Shown here piece by piece: positions 22,369-31,375 of a stretch of 64,000 nt of DNA. Position numbers and translations under genes: made by a program. The DNA lies in assembly GCA_965277715.1 (NCBI GenBank), contig OZ255836.1:320001-384000 (forward strand). The letters run 5' to 3'. This DNA is from Gammaproteobacteria bacterium. Its GTDB lineage: Bacteria; Pseudomonadota; Gammaproteobacteria; JBCCGL01. A model generated the notes under the pieces. The model had not been told where the DNA came from. It saw only the letters and a list, made by a program, of their open reading frames with translations, and searched no databases. Position 1 is the first letter of the stretch. Every line of letters starts with the position of its first letter.

Positions 22369-23058
22369 ATGGCAGACAACGCGATGGCAGAAGGTACAAA
22401 TGGGAAGCTGTGGGCAGTCATTCTGACCGGTGCATTCGCTCTTGCGGGTACAGTAGTAGGTGGATGGCTAGAAGCACAATCCAAAATAAGCCTTGAAAGG
22501 ACAAAATTAGATTCAAGCATTATTTCTCTTGCCTTGTCCCAAAAAACAAAACAAGAACGCCAAGACTTTTTAGAGTTTCTAGTGGATACAAATTTAATCA
22601 AAGATGATGCCACTAAAGAAGGCCTAAGGGGCTATTTTGGAGGGCCAGAAGCAAAATCGCCTCCTTTTTTAGCGCCTGAAACCAACACTCCTCTTACTAA
22701 GCGAACTTCAGAAAACACTCAAAACACGGATATAGATTTCTTTGTCTGCGCAAAAGACCTCGAGAATCCCGACATTATCAATCTAGCAAGAAAGTCGCAT
22801 GCTGCAATTTCAAGCGCCGGTGATTTCGGTGAAAGTATCTACAAAGAATGGGGAGGAGATCTTTATAAAGAAGTTGCAGAGGGTGAATTAAAAGGGAAAG
22901 TAACTGTAATAATGGACTTCGACCATCCGGAATATGGTGAGAGGCAAAAAATTGAAAAACGCTTAAAAAGCGTTTCTAACCAATTGCCTGTATTTTTCCT
23001 GGACAATAGGGTAGAACTTAGCCCCTGGAGAGTCAGCGTAGTTTTTTGTGCGAGCTAA
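22369..23058 (+). CDS. Cassette 1: hypothetical protein with an N-terminal TM helix
   Basis: 229-aa ORF filling the interval from attI to attC1. Confidence 0.75.
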   Translation: MADNAMAEGTNGKLWAVILTGAFALAGTVVGGWLEAQSKISLERTKLDSSIISLALSQKTKQERQDFLEFLVDTNLIKDDATKEGLRGYFGGPEAKSPPFLAPETNTPLTKRTSENTQNTDIDFFVCAKDLENPDIINLARKSHAAISSAGDFGESIYKEWGGDLYKEVAEGELKGKVTVIMDFDHPEYGERQKIEKRLKSVSNQLPVFFLDNRVELSPWRVSVVFCAS

Positions 23059-23061
23059 AGA

Positions 23062-23134
23062 TGCTAACAATCACATCCAGCCGACCCGAAAACCGCTGCG
23101 CGGTTTTCGGGTCGGCTGATGTGAAGCGTTAGGT
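23062..23134 (+). repeat. attC1 (73 bp)
   Basis: TGCTAAC..long imperfect palindrome..GTTAGGT. Confidence 0.92.
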
Positions 23135-23152
23135 GAAACTTAGGCTATTCCC

Positions 23153-23539
23153 ATGAAATTAAAATTTTTCATCGTCATGCTTTGTTTGTCCAGTAATGTC
23201 TATGGCCTTGAGCTTTCTAAAGAAATACCAAAGAATTTCCACGGGAGGTGGGCAGATCATCCAGATAACTGCGCATTTATCGAGATGATTGGATCATATC
23301 ATCCCAATTCCATGAAGATTGACTCTAATTCAATTACCTATTTTGAAAGTGGTGGGAAAGCTGCTGCAATTGTTTCTCGAAAAAGAAATGAGGTCGCAAT
23401 GATTTTCGATTTCCATAGTGAAGCAGATAAGTTTATTTACTTTAAACACTTTTCGCTGTCTGAAGACGGTAACAAGCTTTATGATTATTCCAAATATGAA
23501 TCAAGCAAAGAAATTTATTTTCGGTGTGCAAAGGAATGA
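23153..23539 (+). CDS. Cassette 2: exported hypothetical protein
   Basis: Signal peptide; IP..FHGRWA...C motif. Confidence 0.75.
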   Translation: MKLKFFIVMLCLSSNVYGLELSKEIPKNFHGRWADHPDNCAFIEMIGSYHPNSMKIDSNSITYFESGGKAAAIVSRKRNEVAMIFDFHSEADKFIYFKHFSLSEDGNKLYDYSKYESSKEIYFRCAKE

Positions 23540-23546
23540 AGGACTC

Positions 23547-23621
23547 ACCTAACAAGGGCATGCAGCCGGATCAAAATGCCCGCTACGCGCTCATTTTGAC
23601 CGCTGATGCCAAGCGTTATAT
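23547..23621 (+). repeat. attC2 (75 bp)
   Basis: ACCTAAC..GTTATAT palindrome; close relative of attC4. Confidence 0.92.
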
Positions 23622-23634
23622 TTTAGGAGTATTC

Positions 23635-24018
23635 ATGAGGTTTTTACTATTTTCAGTTCTTGCTCTAGTTGTTTCAACAGGAGCGTTTGCAAACGAAGCA
23701 GCTGACCTTCGCCTTAAAGGTGTACAAGCTGCATCAACCGGAGATTATACAACCGCTCAAAAGCATCTCCGTCAAAGTGCTGAGTTGGGCTACTACACCG
23801 CCCAAGTAGAGTATGCTTACCTTCTTGAATCTAGCCCTGAAAATATTCAAAACAAGCTTGAATCTTACGCTTGGTATAATGTAGTTATCACACAAAAAGG
23901 TACGGATACAGTATTTGCTAAAGAGGGTTTGGCTCGTTTATCTAAACTCATGTCAGTATCCGAGATTGAGCATGCAAAACAATTAACTGCAAAGTATATT
24001 GAGCAATATGCTAAGTAA
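23635..24018 (+). CDS. Cassette 3: exported Sel1-like repeat protein
   Basis: RBS AGGAG; signal peptide; SAELGYYTAQ..SYAWY motif. Confidence 0.7.
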   Translation: MRFLLFSVLALVVSTGAFANEAADLRLKGVQAASTGDYTTAQKHLRQSAELGYYTAQVEYAYLLESSPENIQNKLESYAWYNVVITQKGTDTVFAKEGLARLSKLMSVSEIEHAKQLTAKYIEQYAK

Positions 24019-24020
24019 AA

Positions 24021-24135
24021 ATATAACAATTTGCTCCAGTTGGCGCAGCGGTCTACGCGATTTTTGTGTATTCGCTGCGCTCAATAATCACACAAAAACA
24101 CTACAACCGCTGCGCAACTGAGCAAGGCGTTATGT
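24021..24135 (+). repeat. attC3 (115 bp)
   Basis: ATATAAC..GTTATGT palindrome. Confidence 0.9.
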
Positions 24136-24148
24136 GGCCCGAGCAACA

Positions 24149-24643
24149 ATGAATAACTTCATTGTCCTAGTCTCATTATTGTTAACTTTGAGCGGATGCG
24201 TCTCTGTAGAACAGCAACGAGTGAACATCGAAAGTAATATTGCTGAAGTTTATACGGTTCACTATAGCGAGGAAATCCAACAGTTCTTTATTGAGGAGGC
24301 TATCAATGCTGGTGTAAGAACTATCCGAGCGATGAAACCATCTGAGAAACGTCAAAGCTCTAATAAAAACGAAATCGTCGGTTGTGCTTATGCAGACATT
24401 TGGAGAAAGCTCATTTTAATCGAAGTTAACCAGCCACTGTGCACAAAACTATCGCACTTGGCTCATGAAATCGCCCATATTGGTTCAAACTGCGGTGCTC
24501 ACGATAGCGTGTTTTATAAGTACAACTTTGCAATAGCAAAGCGATATGAAGCGGAGTTTCCTAATGCAGCCACAAGAAAATGGTTCGCACCAGTACAGAG
24601 TGTCGCAAACGTTGAGGCAATATATAGAAATGGGAGTTGTTAA
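24149..24643 (+). CDS. Cassette 4: lipoprotein with an HExxH zincin motif
   Basis: Lipobox LSGC; LAHEIAHIG....AHDSVF. Confidence 0.7.
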   Translation: MNNFIVLVSLLLTLSGCVSVEQQRVNIESNIAEVYTVHYSEEIQQFFIEEAINAGVRTIRAMKPSEKRQSSNKNEIVGCAYADIWRKLILIEVNQPLCTKLSHLAHEIAHIGSNCGAHDSVFYKYNFAIAKRYEAEFPNAATRKWFAPVQSVANVEAIYRNGSC

Positions 24644-24675
24644 TTTTTCGTGACCCAGGATGAAACCCAATTGCC

Positions 24676-24750
24676 ACATAACAAACGTATGCAGTCGGAT
24701 CAAAATGTTCGCTACGCTCTCATTTTGCCCGCTGATGCGAGGCGTTAAGC
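24676..24750 (+). repeat. attC4 (75 bp)
   Basis: ACATAAC..GTTAAGC palindrome. Confidence 0.92.
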
Positions 24751-24775
24751 TTCAAAACATATAAATAGAGAGTGT

Positions 24776-25432
24776 ATGTTGAAAATAGTCGTTTTATCTT
24801 TGATCATATTTGTAACAGGCTGCGCGACAAATTCGCTTGCCCCAACCCCTGTAACTCAATCAGATTTGAGTGCGACCCAAGGAATTCTAGTTGGAAGTTT
24901 TTCTAGAGACCCAAGTGGGCCAAACTATTACAGCCAAACTTTCCGTTTCAAGAATGTCTTAACCGATGAAGATCATCGAATAACCTCTCAACCAACCTTC
25001 AATATGTTTACCGGCAAGACTCCCGACGACTTTAGGACACCAAATAGTAACGGTGGTGTGTTTGTATTTTCATTACCTGCAGGAGAATACATTTTTCACA
25101 ATTTTCGTTTATATCAATCAAACGGTTACTTTGAGCAAAACTGGACTTCTAAAGAACCATATGCGATTCCATTCGTTGTTCAGCCGAATAAAGTAAATTA
25201 CGTTGGGGAAATAAAACTCATACCTCATACAGGAAAAAACTTTTTTGGGATGCAAATACATGCTGGAGGAATATGGGTGATAAACGAACAATGGGATAGA
25301 GATATAGAGGTCCTATCAAGAAAGCACCCAGAAATTCCATTAGAGGAAATCGTTAATGTTATTCCAAACAAAAAAGATATTTTTACTCCACTAGTAGTTC
25401 TTCCTTCAGAAACAGAAGAGTTTAACAAGTAA
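24776..25432 (+). CDS. Cassette 5: beta-rich lipoprotein
   Basis: Lipobox VTGC; FVFSLPAGEY..F.V.PNKVNYVGEI; the stop codon lies inside attC5. Confidence 0.72.
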   Translation: MLKIVVLSLIIFVTGCATNSLAPTPVTQSDLSATQGILVGSFSRDPSGPNYYSQTFRFKNVLTDEDHRITSQPTFNMFTGKTPDDFRTPNSNGGVFVFSLPAGEYIFHNFRLYQSNGYFEQNWTSKEPYAIPFVVQPNKVNYVGEIKLIPHTGKNFFGMQIHAGGIWVINEQWDRDIEVLSRKHPEIPLEEIVNVIPNKKDIFTPLVVLPSETEEFNK

Positions 25433-25489
25433 GTCGTGCGGGACATTTCACCGCTGCGCGCCTCATGCCCCACACCCTAAGCGTTATGC
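25420..25489 (+). repeat. attC5 (70 bp, somewhat degenerate)
   Basis: GTTTAAC..GTTATGC with imperfect pairing. Confidence 0.8.
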
Positions 25490-25533
25490 AAAATAAGTTG
25501 TGAATCGTACTAATAATTGAATTGGAGAAATGA

Positions 25534-26436
25534 ATGAAGAAAATTTATATGCTTTCAATGTTAGTGGCTGGGTTGCTAATTTCGACATTAGCCACTGCAG
25601 CTCCTAAATTTCCGATACAAGAGCCCATGGGCGGGAAGGCCTTTGGTCATAGCGTAAAAAACATTGGTAATGGGTTGTATGTATTTCGCTGGTGGGTTTA
25701 TCGAAATATTTTTCTTGTCACTGATGAGGGAGTTATTGTTACCGACCCAATGAACCCCAAGGCGGCAAAATTATTACGAAACGAGATTCGTAAGGTAACA
25801 GACAAGCCGGTGAAATATGTTGTTTATAGCCATAATCATCATGATCATATTTCAGGTGGGAATGTTTTTGAGGCAGAGGGTGCAAAATTTGTGGGCCATG
25901 AGAACCTGCTAAAGGAATTGGGCGATCATCCGAGTCCAGTAATACCATTGCCAAGTATCACATTTTCAGACAAGCACACATTGACACTGGGTGGTAGAAC
26001 TTTGGAATTATCCTACTTCGGGCCAAACCATGGTGAAAGCTTGGTTGTTATGCGGCTTCCGAAAGAGAAGATATTATTTACGGTAGATATTGTCACGCCG
26101 CGTAGAGTGGCCTTTCGTGGCATGCCCGATTTTTGGCCTGATGAGTGGGTAAGGTCACTGAAAGAAATAGAGCAGATGGATTTTGACTATGTCATCTCGG
26201 GCCACGGGCCAGAAAATCAACCTGCAATAGATCCTGCCTCAATTGTTGCAGAGCAACGCATATATTTAGAAGATTTGATGGCAGCTGTAAAAAAAGCAAT
26301 GGATTCAGGAACTCACAGCCCTGATGCATTAAGAAAAACCGTTAAGCTTCCTAAGTATGAAAACTGGCAATACTACAAAGAATGGCTCCCAATGAATATT
26401 GAGCGCATATGGACTTATTATCATATGGGATGGTGA
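25534..26436 (+). CDS. Cassette 6: exported metallo-beta-lactamase-fold hydrolase
   Basis: Signal peptide; YSHNHHDH, PNHG, TVD and ISGHG metal-ligand motifs. Confidence 0.88.
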   Translation: MKKIYMLSMLVAGLLISTLATAAPKFPIQEPMGGKAFGHSVKNIGNGLYVFRWWVYRNIFLVTDEGVIVTDPMNPKAAKLLRNEIRKVTDKPVKYVVYSHNHHDHISGGNVFEAEGAKFVGHENLLKELGDHPSPVIPLPSITFSDKHTLTLGGRTLELSYFGPNHGESLVVMRLPKEKILFTVDIVTPRRVAFRGMPDFWPDEWVRSLKEIEQMDFDYVISGHGPENQPAIDPASIVAEQRIYLEDLMAAVKKAMDSGTHSPDALRKTVKLPKYENWQYYKEWLPMNIERIWTYYHMGW

Positions 26437-26445
26437 TAGCCAATG

Positions 26446-26494
26446 GCATAACAATGCATTGCACCGGGCTTCGCCGGTGAATGCGGCGTTATGC
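26446..26494 (+). repeat. attC6 (49 bp, unusually short)
   Basis: GCATAAC-AATGC-ATTGCACC-GGGCTTCGCC-GGTGAAT-GCGGC-GTTATGC. Confidence 0.85.
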
Positions 26495-26512
26495 GACCTC
26501 AAGAATCAAAAT

Positions 26513-26896
26513 ATGATTAAAAAATTATTTACAGTAGATCTTTACATTAAAATCAGAAAAAATAGATTCGAAGCCAAGAACTTATCGTCTAACAGCATTT
26601 GGGAAACTATTCATTCGGAGCTACCGTTTACAACCGAGAGGTTACTGGTTGGTACTTTTTCGGCTGCCGAGCCAGCTTTAACTAAGCTGATGAAAGATAT
26701 TATTCCTAATGGTCTATTTAAAAAGAATCCTCAAGTAGTGGTTCAGCCAATGGAGTTAGTTCACGGCGGGTTATCGGAGGTCGAGGAGCGCACATTTAAA
26801 GAGCTAGCACTTGGCTCAGGTGCTTTTAAAGTAGTGTTACACACTGGCCCTGAGCTAACTGACAGTAAGGCAGTAAAATTAATACACAGCACATAA
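26513..26896 (+). CDS. Cassette 7: YjaA-like (MreB-related fragment) protein
   Basis: LYIKI..N.F, PFTTERLLVGTF, QPME...GGLS.VE.R...ELALGSGA. Confidence 0.7.
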   Translation: MIKKLFTVDLYIKIRKNRFEAKNLSSNSIWETIHSELPFTTERLLVGTFSAAEPALTKLMKDIIPNGLFKKNPQVVVQPMELVHGGLSEVEERTFKELALGSGAFKVVLHTGPELTDSKAVKLIHST

Positions 26897-26978
26897 CAAA
26901 GCCAAGCACAATCGTACAATGCAAAAAACGCATTGCACTGGACCTCGCTTTGTTCGGCCTGTGTTGGCGGCGTTATAC
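26891..26978 (+). repeat. attC7 (88 bp)
   Basis: ACATAAC..GTTATAC; branched centre. Confidence 0.88.
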
Positions 26979-27010
26979 GTACTTTAATTCAGGTTACAAC
27001 TGGAAGAATA

Positions 27011-27322
27011 GTGGAAATAATAAGAAGTAAAGAATTCAGATCTGATCGTGCTTGGGGCGCAAAAAATATCTCCAATATGAATGGAATTACGACTAAGTTG
27101 CATTGGACGGACCAGCCTTATAAATGGCACATTAACGATGGCGAAGAAGTATTTGTTGTTTTAGATGGTATCGTTGTGATGCTTTATAAAGAGAATGGTA
27201 TCGAAAAATCTACCACACTAAATGCGGGAGATATATTTTTTGCATCGGTAGGTACTGAACACGTGGCTCGCCCAAAGGGGGAGGCTAGAATTCTAGTTGT
27301 AGAGTCAGAGGGTAGCGTATAA
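27011..27322 (+). CDS. Cassette 8: cupin-domain protein
   Basis: YKWHINDGEEVFVVLDG..GDIFFASVGTEHVA; GTG start after an RBS. Confidence 0.85.
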   Translation: MEIIRSKEFRSDRAWGAKNISNMNGITTKLHWTDQPYKWHINDGEEVFVVLDGIVVMLYKENGIEKSTTLNAGDIFFASVGTEHVARPKGEARILVVESEGSV

Positions 27323-27430
27323 CAAAGCTATCGTAGGGACTTTTGTTGCTGCGCTTCGTTTTGGGGTGGCTTCGCCACTGTACCCCAAAACTACACTACA
27401 CAACAAAAGCCCCACATAGCGGCGTTATGC
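27317..27430 (+). repeat. attC8 (114 bp)
   Basis: GTATAAC..GTTATGC long palindrome. Confidence 0.9.
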
Positions 27431-27807
27431 AGAAGGGTAACTATGAATTTAATTGCGTACTTTTTTTTGGTTTCGCAGCAATGTCCTTTCTAGGGATATT
27501 TGTAATGCCTGGAGGTTTTGGCGTTTCAATATTCTATATTTTTATGGTCGGGCTTTGGTACCAAACAGGTGCAAGTTTTCTTAAGAGAAAAAAGTGGGCA
27601 TGGTGGGTATCGCTAATATTGATATTACTCATCTGCGTGGGTAGTTTTGCTTCTGTATGGTCAACTATTATTGAGCCTCTTTTCAACTCTAGTGTTAAGG
27701 GTGTAGGTTTTGGTCGTTGGCTTTCGCTAGCAATCCTTTGTTTAGCTGAGTACTTAATAGTTTTATTGTTTAACACGAGTACTAGGCAGGCTTTTAAAAA
27801 TGCATAA
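27427..27807 (+). CDS. Cassette 9: small multi-pass membrane protein (start uncertain)
   Basis: About four hydrophobic segments; KKWAWW motif; the alternative start at 27443 is out of frame at a T8 run. Confidence 0.65.
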   Translation: MQKGNYEFNCVLFFGFAAMSFLGIFVMPGGFGVSIFYIFMVGLWYQTGASFLKRKKWAWWVSLILILLICVGSFASVWSTIIEPLFNSSVKGVGFGRWLSLAILCLAEYLIVLLFNTSTRQAFKNA

Positions 27808-27858
27808 CAATACGGTCAAGGGGACGCAAAAAACGCGCCGCTTACCTCGGCGTTAGGC
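27802..27858 (+). repeat. attC9 (57 bp)
   Basis: GCATAAC..GTTAGGC. Confidence 0.88.
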
Positions 27859-27892
27859 AGGCACACACAGAGATGACCATAAGAGTTTCAAG

Positions 27893-28095
27893 TAATGGAC
27901 GATTATTACAGGCGTTTCAGTTGAAACACTCCCCCGCTCTAACGCGGAGCAGTCGACCAACACATCGGGATAATAGTAGTTGTTTTCTACCTGTACTTTC
28001 ATATTCGATGAAAATGGCTGGCAGGGACCATTTTTCACATGATTTCTTATTTCTCCAAAAACATTTCCGGTTATTTGGTTATGCTCCAGCTTGGC
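27893..28095 (-). pseudogene. Internal fragment of a Uma2 (DUF820) endonuclease inside disrupted cassette 10
   Basis: AKLEHNQITGNVFGEIRNH..PCQPFSSNMKV....YYYPDVLVDC......PVIIV; lacks both ends. Confidence 0.75.
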
Positions 28096-29484
28096 AGGGT
28101 ATGACCTTAATTTAATGTTATGGAGATATTCAGTATAATATGATTGTGATCAATTAGAGTGTTTTAGAGATGAATGCTAGCATAGTAGAACAAAACGATA
28201 CGCATTTTACCGTACAAGTTAAAATTGCTTATAGTAGCAGCATGCTAGATTTTGAAGAGGCAATACAGACAGGAGTTAATGAGGTAGGAGCAGTATCTAC
28301 CCAGGAGGCCTTGTCACAATTTGACGCAGATGGTTCACCTATAATAGTGGGCAGCACTAAATTTACCAGCAAGGGTAAAGAATCAAAAATATATCAAACG
28401 CCTTATGGAGCAGTAGATATACAACGCCATGTTTATCAAGGTTCAAAAGGGGGAAAGACGTATTGCCCTGTTGATGCCAATGCCCGTATTATCATTTCCT
28501 CGACCCCCAAATTTGCCAAGATGGTCTCTTCAAAATATGCCGACCTTGGTGCATCGCGTGTTAGAGCTGACCTTGAAGAAAACCATAGTAGAAAAGTGGC
28601 ACGTTGTTTTATACAAGATATCGCTGAGGCGGTGAGTGCGGTGGTTACGGCTAAGGAAGCACAGTGGAACGATGAGCTGCCCAAGATGGCCTATCCGGTG
28701 AAAACGGTATCGATAGGGATGGATGGTACTTGTATGCTGCTTTGCAATGAAGGCTATCGTGAAGCAATGGTGGGCACCATTGCTTTTTATGACAAAAAGG
28801 GTGATAGACAACATATTACCTATATGGCGGCTACGCCTGAGTATGGCAAGGAGACCTTTTTGGGGCGTTTTGAACAGGCGATCATCAAAGTAAAGAAGTA
28901 CTACCCTGATGCCCACTATGTAGGAATTGCTGATGGTGCGAAATGTAATTGGCCTTTTTTAAAGCGACATACTCATACCCAAACAATCGACTTTTGGCAT
29001 GTGAGCGAATACCTTGGAAAAGCCGCTCATGTGATGTTTCATGGAAAAAGAAACGCGTTAGATAGGAGTGAATGGCTTGATCAATCTTGCCATAAGCTAA
29101 AGCACTGTGTGGGTTCGGCAACGCGGTTACTGAACGAAATGGTGGCTTTTGGCAATAACAGTGATCTATCGAAAGAGAAACGAAATGCCCTTAATTCTGT
29201 TATCACCTATTTTACAAACAACAAAGATAAGATGAAATATGCTCATAATGTAAAAAATAGCTTACCCATTGGTTCGGGTGTAACGGAAGCGGCTTGCAAG
29301 GTGATTGTGAAACAACGGTTATGTGGTTGTGCAATGAAGTGGAAAGAAAAAGGGGCGGCAGCCGTGTTAGGTTTACGCTGCATAAACTATAGTACTGGTA
29401 GATGGCAGCAGTTTTGGCAAAAGGTCGGTCAATTTGGTTTGCCTATCGCCGCTTAAATACAACATCAAATTAAGGTCATACCCT
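28096..29484 (+). mobile_element. ISKra4-family element (transposase 28170-29456)
   Basis: IRs AGGGTATGACCTTAATTT; GMDG, IADGA, IDFWH..EYL and PIGSGVTEAACK.IVKQRL motifs; no target duplication. Confidence 0.88.
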
Positions 29485-29488
29485 CTGT

Positions 29489-29593
29489 TCCTAACGAGGC
29501 CAGCAAATCTGACCTCCGTAAACTGTCTTCTTTTTTGCAAAAACACGCAAAAAAGCAGCCAATTCACTCCGGCAGTTTCTGGCGGCGTTAAAT
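29489..29593 (+). repeat. attC10 (105 bp)
   Basis: TCCTAAC..GTTAAAT; CCTAAC matches the GTTAGG start of cassette 10. Confidence 0.85.
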
Positions 29594-29603
29594 GGCAATT
29601 CGG

Positions 29604-29882
29604 ATGAGTAAGGTAGTCTTAATTTCAGAGGGTGGATATAGCTCGGAATATGATGAATTGTTATTGTCATTTCTAGATCACAAGTTCGAGCTATTTTGCG
29701 CCGTAGGTAAAGATTGTGAACTTTGGGAGGATGTAATGGATGAATTGGCTGTTGGTAATGGCGAAAACCCTAGATTCATTACAACTACTAGTCATCCCGA
29801 TGAATCAATTGAAAACGTAATAGAGTTTGCCAAAATGTTTACCACAAAAACAAAAGGCGAGGTTCAAGTTGTTCGCATTTAA
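29604..29882 (+). CDS. Cassette 11: small acidic hypothetical protein (start 29592 or 29604)
   Basis: ORF fills the cassette; LFCAVG.DCE.WED..DE..ITTTSHPDES. Confidence 0.7.
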   Translation: MSKVVLISEGGYSSEYDELLLSFLDHKFELFCAVGKDCELWEDVMDELAVGNGENPRFITTTSHPDESIENVIEFAKMFTTKTKGEVQVVRI

Positions 29883-29972
29883 CAAAGCAATCTTGCCTCG
29901 TTCGCTGCGCTCACTGGACCTCCGTTTCGGTGCTTCGCACCTACACTACGGCCGCAAATTGCGGCGTTATGT
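29877..29972 (+). repeat. attC11 (96 bp)
   Basis: ATTTAAC..GTTATGT; branched centre. Confidence 0.88.
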
Positions 29973-29980
29973 GTAAAAAC

Positions 29981-30310
29981 ATGGATGCGAAGCAGATACA
30001 AAAAAAACTAGATGACCTCGGTATCGAGGAGAGACTAAATCTGCTGATAGGTTACGGTCACCAACTGACGATAATGTGCCGAGATGCTTACGAATTTCAA
30101 GGCCCTGGTGTTACGGATCCCCGTTTGCTTAGGGACGCAAATGAAATTCAACATAGAGTTTATCAAGCTATTCGTGAGCTGACCCAAGGTGAAAGCAATG
30201 GGTTTTCAGTAAATGGTATTTCTAATTGGATTTCTGCGAAAGAAAGAAATGAAAAAATTCAAAGTGCAAGTATTGAAGCATTCAAATGGGCGATCCAGAA
30301 ATACACATAA
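29981..30310 (+). CDS. Cassette 12: helical hypothetical protein
   Basis: 109-aa ORF filling the cassette. Confidence 0.68.
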   Translation: MDAKQIQKKLDDLGIEERLNLLIGYGHQLTIMCRDAYEFQGPGVTDPRLLRDANEIQHRVYQAIRELTQGESNGFSVNGISNWISAKERNEKIQSASIEAFKWAIQKYT

Positions 30311-30376
30311 TAAGCGCATGCAACGGACTGCCAAACCGCTACGCGCTTTGTCAGCCGCTGATGCGAGGCGTTATGC
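30305..30376 (+). repeat. attC12 (72 bp; AAT in place of AAC)
   Basis: ACATAAT..GTTATGC; arms similar to attC2 and attC4. Confidence 0.85.
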
Positions 30377-30427
30377 TTCCCAAACTTTAAGTCTGTGCTG
30401 TTGAAAGGAAACTGATATTATTCACCT

Positions 30428-31285
30428 ATGAAAACTTCACTTGACCACCTGCCGGAACAGAAACAGCAGGAACTACAGCGAGCTGTGGAAATTATCCGTG
30501 AAGAGATCAATCCCGATATGCTCATTTTGTTTGGTAGTTATGCGCGTGGTGATTGGGTGGAGGATATAGACCTGGAAACCCTGCACTACCGTTATCAAAG
30601 TGACTTTGATCTATTGGTTGTTACAGAAACCCGGAAAGAAGCTAGTAAAATTGAGCAAAATAATCAACTCAATCAGCGTTTGATAAAAACCATCCACCGA
30701 ACTCCAATCAGCCTGATCGCGGAAGATATCCAATTTATTAACCGACGCTTAAGAAAGAGCCAGTACTTTTATATTGATATCAAGCGTGAAGGAATTGTGT
30801 TGTATAACTCAGGAGCATTTGAGTTAGTCGAGCCAAAGGAAATATCGCCAAGTGAGCGAAAAAAACTGGCAGAAGAGGATTTTGAATATTGGTTTATAAG
30901 TGCTAAAGAATATTTTCTCGATTTTAACGCACCATTTGATAGGAGTAACTATAATAATGCTGCATTTTTACTCCACCAAGTCACAGAGCGCCTTTACGGT
31001 ACAATTCTTTTAGTTTTTACCCGTTATAAACCTAGCACACATGATTTAGTAAAATTGGGTCAACGTGTAAGCAGCATTGAACCACAGTTTCTTACTGTAT
31101 TTCCACAAAGTACAGAAGAAGAAAAAAACCGCTTTAAAATTTTACGCAAGGCATATGTGGATGCTCGCTATAAACCCAGCTACATAATTACAAAAGAGGA
31201 GCTAAAATGGTTAGCAGAGCGGGTACAAAAATTACAAGTTTTAACAGAAAAACTGTGCAAAGAAAAAATTACAAGCTTTATATAG
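30428..31285 (+). CDS. Cassette 13: fused minimal nucleotidyltransferase-HEPN protein
   Basis: ILFGSYARGDW..SDFDLLV (MNT); AAFLLHQ..E..THDL..AYVDARY (HEPN). Confidence 0.9.
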   Translation: MKTSLDHLPEQKQQELQRAVEIIREEINPDMLILFGSYARGDWVEDIDLETLHYRYQSDFDLLVVTETRKEASKIEQNNQLNQRLIKTIHRTPISLIAEDIQFINRRLRKSQYFYIDIKREGIVLYNSGAFELVEPKEISPSERKKLAEEDFEYWFISAKEYFLDFNAPFDRSNYNNAAFLLHQVTERLYGTILLVFTRYKPSTHDLVKLGQRVSSIEPQFLTVFPQSTEEEKNRFKILRKAYVDARYKPSYIITKEELKWLAERVQKLQVLTEKLCKEKITSFI

Positions 31286-31300
31286 TCATGAAGCAAATAG

Positions 31301-31364
31301 GCATAACAATAGCTTCGTGTGGAACGCTCCGCGTTGCTGCGCGCCGCACAAGCAAGCGTTAGCA
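31301..31364 (+). repeat. attC13 (64 bp)
   Basis: GCATAAC..GTTAGCA. Confidence 0.88.
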
Positions 31365-31375
31365 CGATGAAAGAA

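Noticed and set aside
23524-23634. N-terminal extensions of cassette ORFs (also 26399, 26933, 27343, 29930, 31319)
   Set aside because: They read through attC sites; the plausible starts lie downstream of the GTT core.
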